Assembly (NCBI GenBank): GCA_037447605.1
Contig: CM074809.1
Location: forward strand, 2,594,689 to 2,658,688
From: Zygnema circumcarinatum SAG 698-1b
Taxonomy: Eukaryota > Plantae > Zygnematophyceae
Length of the DNA stretch: 64,000 nucleotides
Direction of reading: 5' to 3'
The notes below the pieces were generated by a model, which saw only the letters and a program-made list of their open reading frames with translations, had not been told where the DNA came from and did no database searches. Shown one piece after another: positions 1-12,290 of the stretch; within the stretch, counting starts at the first letter, position 1, and every line of letters begins with the position of its first letter. The position numbers were made by a program, and so were the translations under genes.

Positions 1-3000
1 CTAAGGCAATATTTATAGACTAAGGCACTGCTTGCAAGGGGTTCTAGCAATTTTGACTGTGCATACTCCTCTCCGTCAGTGCAAGATCTACATACGCTTC
101 ATAGTAACTATGCATCTCATGTGTCCCAAACAACCAGAAAAGTTCGTAGAGACAGTAACTTTCTGAAGGTGAAAACATGCCAGTTTTGCACAACCACCAA
201 TGGCTACATAGCGTCATACATGTCATTTGTATTTTCAACAACAACTCAACAGCAAAATCAGGAATTTCACCTCCATCAAATCGTTGAAATGGCCAGACTG
301 CCCAAGGAGCTTCTTGTAGACGATAGAAGGAAAGCGGAGGTCCAAAATGTGGCCGTTGTAGGTTGCAAGCGACAATATAGTTCCGATGAGTTCGTAGGAA
401 GTGATGAGGTCCGGGTCCACCATCCACGATTTGGCGCTGAACCAGCATTGGCGGGTCTCCTCGTCGTACGAAAACATGCCGTACTGCGAAGGGATGGAGG
501 CAAGCAGAGGGGCAGACTTCAGACACACGCTCTGGAAGGAAGGGAGAATGTGGGTCGGGAAAAGTCGTTAAACCAATTCAGATACTTCCTTCAATGTAAT
601 TCACATTTAAAGAAGACGAGCCAACAGACACCCAATGGATAGAGTGTGACAAGTCTCCCCGCAAGTATTTTGCAATGTTGTAACTTCTTCATATAAAAAA
701 GGTGAAATAGGAAAGGAAAAGGTGAAGTGCGTGAAGTGCGTAAGCGGACATATAGGCAGCCAGTCACTTTGTGTGATGTTTTCCAAGAAGCAGACCAACC
801 AGCTTGTGCCAACCAATAGAGCATCGGACAGAAGAGAACGTTCCTTAAGAAATAAGAGCATTGCAATTTCAGCCTAGGCCAATCTGCAATGTCATTGTAA
901 TCGAGCATTTCCGAGTTGAGGGATAATTATTCAAGCCACCACATGCGACCGAGGTTAAAGAATGACCATATTGGTGGTACACACATATGACAACGTTTTT
1001 GTTTGGACAGCCGAGGGGAGGAAGTGCGAGATGGCGGAAACCCTCTCGCGTCATTCCCGTATGTGGTAAAAGTGCACCTTTGGGTCGAAAATCTTTCTGA
1101 CAATGAGCTGGAAAAACTCCTTCTGCACGCCCCCTTCATCCACTCCATCTTCTCCTACGAACTGGACCTACACAACAGCTCTTGCGAACGAGAAAGATAA
1201 GTGGAAGACATTGGAATAAGTGCAAAAGCTTCTATCCACTATTGCTGCACCGACAACTCACTTAATAACGCCAATGTGCCCATTTATTCAGAAAGCAGCA
1301 AAATGAGTGTCTCAGCTCAGCACGGGTAGACAAAAATACAAAAAGCTAAAGCATTACGTGCGTGCTCACCACACTTGCAACTGCAAAGAGAGAGGAGCTT
1401 TATGCCTTAAAATGAAAGAAACACAGAGCGGCGTGTGTGAAGGCCAAACCAACTGCTAAGACCGCAAAGAACTGTTGTCAATTGAGCATTGTGGCAGGGA
1501 CGATGAAGGTGAACCGATATCGATCTGAAGATCTCCAAAACATAGTATCACTAAAACACATTTGATTACTAGTCAATCAACTAAAGATTCACGAAGATAT
1601 ACCAAGGAGAAGACTGAGATTCAAGATGCTATGTTGACAAACCTTGAGGGGCTTCAATAGGTCCTCTGGCCGTCTCTGTACCTACAATAGCAACAAATGA
1701 GATGCTATCAATGTCGGGATGCTATCAATATTTAACCTCAACATAATTCAGATCTAAAGAAATACACGCCAGTGTAAGCACTGCCAAAAGGTTGGCGCCT
1801 GACTGGTGAACAGTCCCATATTGAGGCAGCATGTGCGGTTTGCCATCAACAGGAGGCATAAGCTCGCCTTGAGGTTAGGGTAGAGGAAGAAAGCAGCTCA
1901 CTCCAGTTGGGCCACGAAAATATTTCAGCTTCAAAGGCGAAGACCATGTCCAGTCACTGCTCTATTTTACAGGTGTATTCATTCCTATGCACTTTCAAAG
2001 TCGTTAATTAACTTCTTTTGAATCTATTCCTTAACAATGTTACCTGAATAATTGCGTCAGCAATAATGTGTTCCCGTCGAACCCTTATAACATTGAAAGG
2101 AATTCCTCCTCCAAGGAAAAAGGAGCGCAACAATGCATCCTCGAACTGATGGCTCATTTGCGACCTCGAATCAAGGTGCAGTATCCGGCTCTTGCTTTCA
2201 GTATTGTACAAAAATGGATAATTACAAAAGGAGAAGTCGTATCTGCTTTTGTAAGAAAGCCACCTGAACGTGTGTTACACACTAAGCCAAACCATTCAGG
2301 CATCAGACCCACAGAACTACTCCGGGCAGACACGTGGAATTTGAAAACGCAATCACAACGGTCACGCTTGACAAATGCGTAACGTGAGAATAAGCAAGAC
2401 CAGTTGAGAGAAGCGACTTCGAATCCTGTCATGTAACAAGATTGTATCCAGTTCTAGGCATAGCCGGGAGACATTGGATTCCACGTATCCTCATCTTAAT
2501 CGATGGTGCATGACTCAACACCTCTAAAACAGCATCCATTAAGATGTAGAGAATAGTACTGCAACTGCGAGGAAAAGCCTCTCAGCGTGCAAATTTAAAA
2601 GAAGCTTGTTGACGGTTTACCTGTCTGCATGCTCCCAGTGAAAATAGTCTTCCTCAATGTTGAAATCTTCATTATTTACAGCGTCGTTGTAGAATGCAGA
2701 GAAACTCAGACGATGCTCTCGCTCATTAGATCTATCTGTCTTTTGGTCAAAGAACCAATAGCTTAATCTAAACCTTCGTTTCCAAGTGATAAGCAACGAA
2801 GTGCCTTAGACAAGCCTCTACGGCTCAGAGGCAAGAAAAGGCTGCTCCATGGTTACTTAAATCTCCATAATTTTGGCGCTACTTCCTCCACTGATTCGGG
2901 AAATACTAATTAAAACTAATTGAGACTAAGTCTCACCGCGGAATGATGAATCCCCAATGGCTTGTAGTCAAGACAGATGAAAAAAAAGGGCAAGATACTG

Positions 3001-6000
3001 AAAAGGGGTAAAAGCAAGGGGGGTAGCAAGTTGACATGCTATTCTTCCTTCAGTTCTGTCATCTTTGAGAACTGTTTCTATGCACCTTCTCGCTACTCAG
3101 ATCATTGCGGAATGGAGGATACAAAGCAGTGCAAGCACCTTGGCAGCCACGGCGGCAGGTTCCATGAGTTGGGATGAGTCGTACAAACTAATTGCCAGGA
3201 ACTGCTGAATCAGTCCGACCATTTCTTCAAATCTCTCTTTTGGATACCTGCATTCACGTATGCATCCATCTCCACTTTAGACAAAGAAAAAAAAACCACT
3301 AAACTATGTACTGGGCTCCACTACAGGAACAGTCGTGAATGCAATCATAAACCCAGTGCGTCTGCAAGGGATATCGTCTCTAATTCACGATCGAAGACCA
3401 GGAGCAGACCCATACACATTCTCCTGCTGCGAGTCAAAAACACTACCAATGTAATACGACATTCGTGTGGAAATGTGGGTTTGCAATCGTCAAAGAAGTC
3501 CCACTTATCAACTGCAGCGATAAATGCGTCTTCTCCTGAAATTGGGAGCCCCACCAGGACAGTGCACAGCTTCTTTAGAACTCGATGATGTTCAGGTTCC
3601 ATGAACAACGGATTCTGCACGTTGTAGGAAATACCACAAGGGTTACATCAATAAGTCAGCAGTACTGCACAGAGACATTATAGGTGGGGACATCCAATAG
3701 AAAGTTGATTCAACCGTTGGTTAGCGTCCCAATACAAAAAAACATGGGCAGGAAAAGCCACCTGACACAAATACAGTAGGCATGCAGAAAGTCCGCTAAT
3801 TCAACATAGACCTAGACACGGAAACGACAGCTACTGGATGCCAAAGTGGGGGAGGTAAAACTTGGCGTTTGTTCACGCAGGTAGAACATGGAAGGGTCTT
3901 GGGACACAAGTTTTCGGGATGCAGCCTTCAGGAACCATTCTCAATCCACATATAGCCAGCAGGAAGCATCGCCTTGAGAAAGCATCCAAACGATAATGAA
4001 ACCATCACTCCAACAAAATGCACGAAAATAACTTGGAAGACTCACTTCCAATAATATCATAAGGGGGCGAACTGCAATTCCTGCAGCATCTTCCCAGCTT
4101 TGCTTTGCTGCTTCAGATGCTAACTGGTCGGTAGCGTCCATGAGGGCATTGATGACTTCTTTGCTTCCCTGCAATCCGGTGCCGGCCGCATGGTAAAGCT
4201 TCATGCAAAGATTACACCAAGGGCCAGGAAAAGGAACGCGGCTATTCCAGTTTTTCGTTGCCAATTAAAAACTCCAAATTTCCAGCTTTATTGGTTTTCA
4301 CAAGTTTGTGAACAGTCGGCCTTCTATCACTACATCATGTCATTCTGCTGTATCATTCCTTTTGTTTTTGGTTGAAATTGTAAATGCACTTCCCGCCTTT
4401 CCCCGCGCCCAAAAGTGAAATAGAAGCCGCAGCAGCAATGCACATGAGCTGCAGTGGAAATGGAAAATTCTTACTACGATATTGAGAACAAAACAGAAAC
4501 TTTATTATTGCAAAAATTCCTTACCAGAGAAATTAGCCCAGTATAGAATTGAGTGGTGGCATCAAAATCAACACCTGCATCCGAATAGACTATCAGATTC
4601 TAGAAATGCACGAGGTGTTATCAATCACATGCTATAACCCATGATCCAAATGCTAACGTTGTGTTCTAGGCAGTTTGAAAGGGGAAAGCACATATTGTTT
4701 GCAAGTATGATATTCATCGAGACTAAAAGCTACTTCAAATTTGTGCATTTGCAGCACAACGTGCTTGGGAAGTTGTCATCAATTTAGTTCTAAATTACAA
4801 ACTTTAAATCCAATAATAGAGGGATCAGATCTGGACATCAAAATGCACAGTCACTATTCGAGAAATCATTTCCTCAACGCATGAAGAATGTGGACGAAGT
4901 ATCAAATGTGTTCTGTTCGTTATGTGAACTTCTTAACGTTCACCAGACGAAACGAAAGCCACCAAGGGTCAGATTCAAGCAAATTCCAAACAGTTTCACA
5001 TTCAACTTAAAATCCAGTTCTTGTTCGACTTGTAATCATCTTTCAACAACAGTATTCTCACCTAAGATGTTAGTGAGTTTCTCACTTCCTTCAAATTCAA
5101 AGAATCCTTTTGCTTTCTTGTTTGCAACAAACACAAGTGCCTGTTAAACATTAGGTTCAAACAGGCTGCAGCTGAGACGAAACAAGATAGGAACATGAGT
5201 GCTTTTAATTTGGGAAGGGCCGAGGGTAAGCTATTGGACCTGGCAAGTTGTCGCCGTCCCCCTGGAGCCAAAAAGCTACAGTTAATAGCTCGATTTTTGA
5301 GAAGACGGCACTAATGAGTTCGATTAGATGAGAGAAGTCCTTGCTTTCGTGTGCAGTCTTCAGCGACCTTAAAAGTGATTGACTATCCGGTGGCTGCTGC
5401 ACTGCAAGTTAAATGCGATGAAACAAAAGGAGAATAAGACATGAATTTTACAAATGTTAACTCCTCCAATGAATTTGTCAACAATATTAATTCCCTGTGC
5501 GCCTTGTGCAGTGGACAATGATATGCAGATGAAGCGTATATGGTGATATGGTAAAACGACAAAGAAGCGACAAAGAGTTCACAGAGTTCTCCTTACTTGC
5601 ACCACATGCCAGCTTAAGCGCAAGTGCTGCTGTTTGGTCTGCGCTTAGTCCTCTTTCAGATAAGGCGTGAAAGTGCCTGCAATTCCAGACCAACAAAACC
5701 TTGCTCCTGGGAACTTGTAGTCTCTGACGTAGAGTAACTTAACATCCTATTGAGGCTTTCCTGCGGATAGCAATATGGACAAAGATCAAATACACAGACT
5801 TGGCAGTCGGAAAATCCATAGGAGACAGACGCCATGAAATGGCCAAGTATTTTCGGTTTTACAACCAATCATAGCGTACATTCTGGTTGAACTTACGGAC
5901 ACCATAAACTTCCACATCAGAAACAAGGTTCAGTTGTGGTCATTTAATACTATACCGATAACAAGCATGCCTGGTTTAAAGATGCTCAATATCAAAAGCA

Positions 6001-6804
6001 AACTCGCTTTTTGAAATAGCCAGTTCTGCGGCGATCATCAACTTACGAGGGGTTTGTGACAGGCCTAACATAATCTGAATATTGCGCAGCCAGCACTAAT
6101 AGGCCCTTACCATAGAGACTGAACTATAAATTTCCAGTCTTTTGCAAAGCTCGTCATTCTGAGAATTTTGTCCAATCCGATGGGCAAAAGTGCTGCTTAA
6201 CGGGCAGAAGCACGTGAATGTTGGTGCGTAGCTCACCTGAACAATGTTCTCCTGAACTCTTCTTTGGCAGAACCTCCCTGGCGCTCGGTATTATCCAGTT
6301 TCAAGTGTTTTGCCTCACGGGTTTGCTGTTCACTGAAAGCCCGAAAACTAGAGTAACTGCATGAGAACTGCTGCAATCTCAGGTGAATGTAACTCAGTAA
6401 GCCAATCCGTGTCCTTACTGTCCACACAGATGGAAATACTAGTTGCGATGACTCGCTGGTTGAGTTACTCTTCTTAAAAGACCAATTTACTTTAGGGTGC
6501 GGAAGATGAACAGGTCATCACTGAAAGTGAGCGGCAAAATTACAATGGACTGTTATCGACCGGCTCCGCACAAGGATCTTGTTTATTTGGCCACGCAAAA
6601 ATTTATCGTATTTATGCAGCAAAGTCGCACCTGTTCATTTCTGCTCCTCAATACACTAACTGTCCGACAAGATAAGGACTCATAATCACACAATTCAACT
6701 TCATTTTAAAAGATACCCTGCAAGGAAAAAACAGCACATTTCAGACAGCGTAAGCAGCGCATGAACACGCACTCTGCAACGCCTCCCTCGTTCTCCACTT
6801 CCAT
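1..6804 (-). CDS. HECT E3 ubiquitin ligase, E6AP/UBE3A-like; multi-exon, 3' end lies outside the window
   Basis: Phase-consistent GT-AG exons: 6773-6804 ([10 protein letters not shown]), 6237-6332, 5597-5676, then [138 protein letters not shown]...[30 protein letters not shown]. These match the HECT N-lobe and pre-HECT motifs of E6AP/HERC-type ligases as I recall them. Confidence 0.92.
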
Positions 6805-7018
6805 GACAAGAGCTTGAAGGCAGGCCCCTTAGAGCACAAACAGCTCCTTCACGTGCTTCTGTTTTGAGAGTGGTTTCTTTTTTCCCCGTGGTTTCTGCTT
6901 CCCCGCAAGCTAGCCGTACGACAGCCCCCTAGTCTCACGGTACGCGTCACGCGCGCGTCAGCCACATCGAACGACGCAATTCGACACTACTTTTCCCGAA
7001 AAAACTCGCATCCCGTCA

Positions 7019-7144
7019 TCCAACGGTCTGAATCTCACGAGGGTCCACGAGGCACATCCAACGGCTAACCTTCCCCATATACCGAACTCGGCTATCCAAC
7101 GGTCTGAATTCAACATTGTGTCCACGTGGCATAACCAACGGCTA
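7019..7144. promoter_or_regulatory. Cluster of four MSA-like (YCYAACGGYY) elements upstream of the HECT gene
   Basis: TCCAACGGTC at 7019, TCCAACGGCTA at 7057, TCCAACGGTC at 7095 and ACCAACGGCTA at 7134, lying 215-340 bp upstream of the ATG at 6804. Confidence 0.5.
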
Positions 7145-7170
7145 TATCTCGAATCGTTGCAACGGTGGAG

Positions 7171-9355
7171 GGAGGGAGACATGACAGCCCGGGCCGCGAG
7201 GCGAGGCCTTGAGGGACCCGGGCAGCCCAAACCTATTACAGGCTGCCTTTTACGCGAGGCAAGCGTCCGCGATTGGGCGAGCGTCGGCCGGGCAGCTCAA
7301 GTTTGGCAGCAAGCTGCCCTGACGACAAAGGGGTGGCGCAAATTAGCGGGCCGCGCGCCTACCTCATCTCCCCTGTGGATCAGACAGTACGGACGTACAG
7401 GTGGCGCCACCGCCGTGGGGGAATGCTGCTTTTACGGTGCGCGCGACGTGACGGGACGCGCCGTAGGGGGGCTCGCCCTGATCGGAATCGCGGCGACGGA
7501 GGACAAGAAAGAATTTCAGCTGCCCGGCCGCCGCTCGCCCAATCGCGGACGATTGATTTCGCTGGTGGAGCAGAATAAACCATATGAACGCTGCCCGGAG
7601 CCAAACTTCAGCTGCCCGGCCGACGCTCGCCCAATCGCGGACGTCCGCGAAGGGTAGCCAAAAACATTCCGGGCCAAGGGCTGGACGGACGACCATGGGT
7701 TGGATCAACCATTGGAATGGTAGCGACTTGCAAACCGTTGGTTCTGCACTGGCCAACCATTGGATCCAATGGTTGGGTGGGGCGGGAATCAATGGCCCAA
7801 TGGTTGCAGTCATTGGCAATGGTTAACTTGTAGCCAGCCAATAGTTGCAACCATTGGCAATGGTTGAATGGGGCGGGAATCAATGGTCGAATGGTTGCAA
7901 CCATTGGCAATGGTTGGCTGGGTAGCCAACCAATGGTCGAATGGTTGCAACCATTGGCAATGGTTGGGTGGAGCAGGAATCAATAGTCCAATGGTTGAAG
8001 CTACGTGCAATAGTTGGCTGGGAAGCTAGCCAATGGTTGCAGCCATTGGCAATGGTGGGATGGAGCGGGAAACAATTGTCCAATGGTTGAAGTTACTTGC
8101 AATGGTTGGCTGGGAAACTAGCCAATGGTTGCAGCCATTGGCAATGATTAGGTGGGCCGGGAATCAATGGTCCAATGGTTGCAGTTTTGGCAATGGTTGG
8201 CTGGATAGCCAGCCAATGGTTGCAACCATTGGCAATGATTGGGTGGGGCGGGAATCAATGGTCCAATGGTTGCAGTTACTTGCAATGGTTTGCCGGGAAG
8301 CCAGCCAATGGTTGCAACCGTTGAGAGGGGGGAAAAGGTAGAGAGCGAGAGAGCGAGAGAGCGAGAGAGCGAGAGAGCGAGAGAGCGAGAGAGAGCAGGT
8401 GGTCGGTGAGGGAGGGAGGGGAGACATGACAGCCCGGACCGCGGGGCGAGGCCTTGGGGAGGGCCCCCGGCAGCCCAAAACTATTACAGGCTGCCTACGT
8501 GAACCAAGCGTCCGCGATTGGTCGAGAGTCGCCCGGGCAGCTCAAGTTTAGCAGCGAGCTGCCCGGAAGAGAAAGTCGTGGCCCAAAATGGCGGGATGCG
8601 CGCCTACCTCATCGACCCTGTGGATAAGACTAGACGGACGAACAGGTGGCGCCACCGCCGTGGGGGAATGCTGCGGTACCGTGCGCGCGACGTGACGGGA
8701 CGCGCCGTAGGGGGGCTGCCCCTGATCGGAATCGCGGCGACGGAGGACCAGAAAGAATTTCAGCTGCCCGGCCGCCGCTCGCCCAATCGCGGACGATTGA
8801 TTTCGCTGGGTGGGCAGAATAAACCATTTGAATTCTGCCCTGAGCCAAACTTGACCTGCCCGGCCGACGCTCACCCAATTGCGGACGTTTGCTTGGAGGA
8901 CTGGGCAGCCGAAAACAGTTTAGGGCTGCCCCGGACCAAACCTTCTGCTGCCCGGACGACAGACGCCCAATCGCGGACGTTTGCTTCACTGTTGGGGCAG
9001 CCAAAACCATTTCCAATCTGCCCGTGGCCAGACCTGAGCTGCACCGGCCGACGCTTCGCGGACTCGCGGACGCTTGCCTCGCGTAAAGGGCAGCCTGTAA
9101 TAGTTTTGGGCTGCCCGGGGTCTTCACCAAGGCCTCGAACCGCCGCGAATGGCAGCCGAAAACATTCCGGGCCAAGTGCTCTACGGATCACGGGTTGGAT
9201 CAACCATTGGAATGGTGGCGATTTGTAAACCGTTGTTTCCGATATAGCCAACCATTGGATCCAATGGTTGGGTGGGGCGGGAATCAATAGTTCAATGGTT
9301 GCAGTCATTGGCAACGGTTAACTTGTAGCCAGCCAATGGTTGCAACCATTGAGAT
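7171..9355. repeat. Composite ~1.2-kb repeat module, two head-to-tail copies (A ~7171-8340, B ~8421-9355)
   Basis: Each copy starts GAGACATGACAGCCCGG. It then has one inverted 37-mer, a ~200-bp core, 2-4 direct 37-mers (TTCAGCTGCCCGGCCGACGCTCGCCCAATCGCGGACG) at a 91-92 bp period, a CCATTGG/CCAATGG array and a GA tract. The same module recurs at 13732-15090. Confidence 0.93.
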
Positions 9356-9868
9356 GGGGAAAAAGGGAGAGAGGGAGAGAGGGAAAGGGGGGAAGGGAGA
9401 GTGAGGGAGGGAGTGAGAGTGAGGGAGAGAGAGAGAGGGAGAAAGGGGGAAATGACATTGATAGAGGCATGTTTCCATTTTACAGAATTGGCTGAAAACA
9501 GAGGTAGGGGCTTGCTGGTTGCTTTTGAAACCCCTGCTTGGAACCTTCTCTGTGATAAGCAACAGTGTGGAAAAGCTGAGGCCAAGAAGATAAGAAGACG
9601 ATGTTCAACAGCTGCTGTACCGAGGGATGAGGAACTGCGATCCATGAGAGCTAGCACTATCCGCTGGTCTGCTGAAGAGTCCCTGTCAGTTGAAGCATAG
9701 TAATGCGCTTCAAGGTCAGCCATGGCCACCGCCGCCTGCTCTCCGAGCTGCTCCAGGCTCCTCCCTACATCCTCCGTGTGTTCCTCGAACTTAGAGCTGC
9801 GTTCTGCAATGGCGGCGTTCAAAGAGGAGAAATCGGCAAAAAGTGGAGTTGGGCTGTGGCTATTGCAG

Positions 9869-11643
9869 AGCTCCTGCTGGATCGCTCCATTCGGGACATC
9901 GAGCGGGAGAGGCAGCAGCTGCAGGCACAGGAGAAGAAACTGATCGCAGAAATAAAGAAGACTGCAAAGCAGGGGCAGATGGTGGGCTTTTCGCTTTCCT
10001 GTCGCTCCCTCGAGCCATTTGTTCAGCCGTGCGTGCATCATGACGAAGTGCAGGGTTCATCATCTTAATTTATATGCCTTCCTTCGTTTTTAGTTTTGAA
10101 TGAAGCGTATTGTTTGCATTCATTCATTGTCAAATGTCGATGCTGTGTACGCAAAATATGCATGTGAATATTTATTCTTTATCGAATGGATAGAGGTCGG
10201 TTTTGCCGCCTGCTTTCTGCAGAAGCGTTTCGCTTGCCTAGTTGGATAGTTGTTCTGCACTTAACATGACTAGTTTTGCCACTTTGTGTTTCAACTTACG
10301 TCGAAATTCTTATTTTTCTCCCACTGTTTGCTCAGAAAACTCGACTCTGTAAAGGCGTCTGTGTTTTCCGTACTAATGCTCTGGCAGGGAGACCGGCTTG
10401 CAGGGAGCTGTGAGGGCGAACAAGGCACCAAATAACAAAGTTTTATGGGCTGAAGTCTCAGCTGCAGGGCATTTCATTAAGAATACAGGTAAGAAGGCAG
10501 CTTTTTATCCAATACTCAACATCCATTTTAGGTGCATTTTGGTAAAGCAAAAGCTTGAGCCTCTCAGGCAAGCACTAGAAGTGGATCAGCTCTAACCTGA
10601 TGAGACGTTTTTGCATTTGAAGGGCGTGTTCTGCCAGCTGTTGAAAGTTTTGTGTTTGTGTACAGACTCTGAAGTCGACACAGGCCATGGCGGAAGCCAT
10701 GAGGGGAGTCACGAAGGCCATGGGCCAAATGAACAAGCAGCTCAACCTGCCCGCGCTCCAAAAGATAATGCAGGAGTTTGAGCGTCAGAATGAGAAGATG
10801 GAAATGACTTCGGAAATGATGGGGGATGCCATTGATGATGCCTTGGAAGGAGACGAGGAAGAGGAGGAAACGGAGGAGCTCGTGAATCAAGTTTTGGATG
10901 AAATTGGAATTGATTTGGATCAGCAGGTTCGTGCTCTCTTCTTTGGAATACGATATCTTGTCAATTGCTCAATATGTTATAAAAATTCAAGGGTTGGACG
11001 CTCGATCCTGATACCTGATCCATGTCATTGGTTGAAGTTGCTGCGAGTCCCCATGAATTCAGCTCATGCCGTTGTTAGTGCAAAAAGTTGGGTCAGTTAG
11101 GTCCATCAGCAGACTCGGATTGACTTCAAATTCACGTACTCTCTCCCAATGCAAAGACCATTCCTTCTATATAAAAGGCACATACACTTAATTATCGAAA
11201 GCACTCACCCACATGTATGGTCTAGTAAAGCAGAAGGTCATATTGCTGCTGTTCAGTAGATGCGGTAAGGCACATTCGTCTGTATATAGTCTAAGCGGGG
11301 GGGAGATGGGAAGGGAGGAAGAGAGAGAGAGGGATTCCTGGGATTCCACTTTTCCTTCTCCCCACCCTCCTTCCAGATGCATGCGGCCTGTCTCCCATGC
11401 TGCCAATAATCTCCATTAGCAAGCCCCTGAATCTCTTACTGACGGGAATTTAAACATTTTTCTGCCTTGCCCCTCCTTCCGCAGCTTGTCAACGCTCCTG
11501 CGGTTGCCGCCCAGCCCCAGGTGCAGGCCACAGCCGCCAAAGTTGCTCAGCCGGCGGGAGCAGGGGGAGGAGGCCCGCCCCCTGAAGGCGACGGCATAGA
11601 CAGCGACTTGCAAGCTCGGCTGGACAACTTGAGGCGGCTGTAA
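9869..11643 (+). pseudogene. VPS2: ESCRT-III subunit VPS2/CHMP2; 5' exon not found, two short internal deletions, one causing a frameshift
   Basis: Exons encode ELL-LDRSIRDIERERQQLQAQEKKLIAEIKKTAKQGQM; GAVR/(shift)RTRHQITKFYGLKSQLQGISLRIQ; TLKSTQAMAEAMRGVTKAMGQMNKQLNLPALQKIMQEFERQNEKM...DEIGIDLDQQ; and LVNAP...IDSDLQARLDNLRRL*. The conserved RENKRM and VMAKDLI segments are missing. Identity is certain; pseudogene versus assembly error is unresolved. Confidence 0.75.
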
Positions 11644-12124
11644 AGGCGCAATGTACATATGTATGGCTAGTGGTGTGATGCTTAACGGGGAGTGATATTT
11701 TTTACGCTCATGGAGCACCTGATTATAGTCCTCGAATGACTGGGTACTGAGTGGTGGGGCCAACATAAGTAGGCTGTGTGGGAGGAGTTCTATGTTCTAG
11801 TGCAAACATTTGTTTCAAGAGTTGTTGATTCTGTTTTCACGGTGGAGGGCGACCTTCCCTTCCCCACCCCCCTCCATCCCTCTCTCCCTCTCCCACCACC
11901 TGGACAATCACTCTCGATGCAATATTGTCAGAGAAGGTGATGACAAGGTTACAAAGACAAGTGCTGGCGATTCAGCCAACCAACTCCTAATCATTTCTAT
12001 CACCTCAGTGCAGTGATGATGCAAATAGACCAATGCGCTTGCCAACAGGCCATGTAGCTTGAAAAGCCCATGTTTCAAAAGATTCCGCATGGAGCTGTTG
12101 AGGTCCGTTGGTTCTCGACCGACC

Positions 12125-12290
12125 AACCATGCCAACGCTTTCAGTCATTGACAATGGCTGGCTTGGTAGCCAGCCAATGGTTGCGACCATTGGCAATGGT
12201 TGGGTGGGGCGGGAATCAATTGGTCCAATGGTTGCATTCATTGGCAACTTTTGGCTGTGTAGCCAGACCAATGGTTGCAACCGTTGGCAA
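12125..12290. repeat. Solo CCAATGG/CCATTGG palindromic array fragment
   Basis: CCAATGGTTGCGACCATTGGCAATGGTTGGGTGGGGCGGGAATCAA, the same motifs as the array portion of the composite module. Confidence 0.85.

Noticed and set aside
6958-9314. Many 60-240 aa ORFs in the repeat module (e.g. 8518-9228, 13343-14395)
   Set aside because: They are products of GC-rich and palindromic repeats. They are open on both strands, frames differ between copies, and no domain is recognisable.
9292-10068. Full-length 249-aa minus-strand ORF overlapping VPS2
   Set aside because: The upper part is simply the antisense of the VPS2 exon and the lower part runs into the GA tract. Only the ~9640-9803 portion looks exon-like, and it is reported separately.
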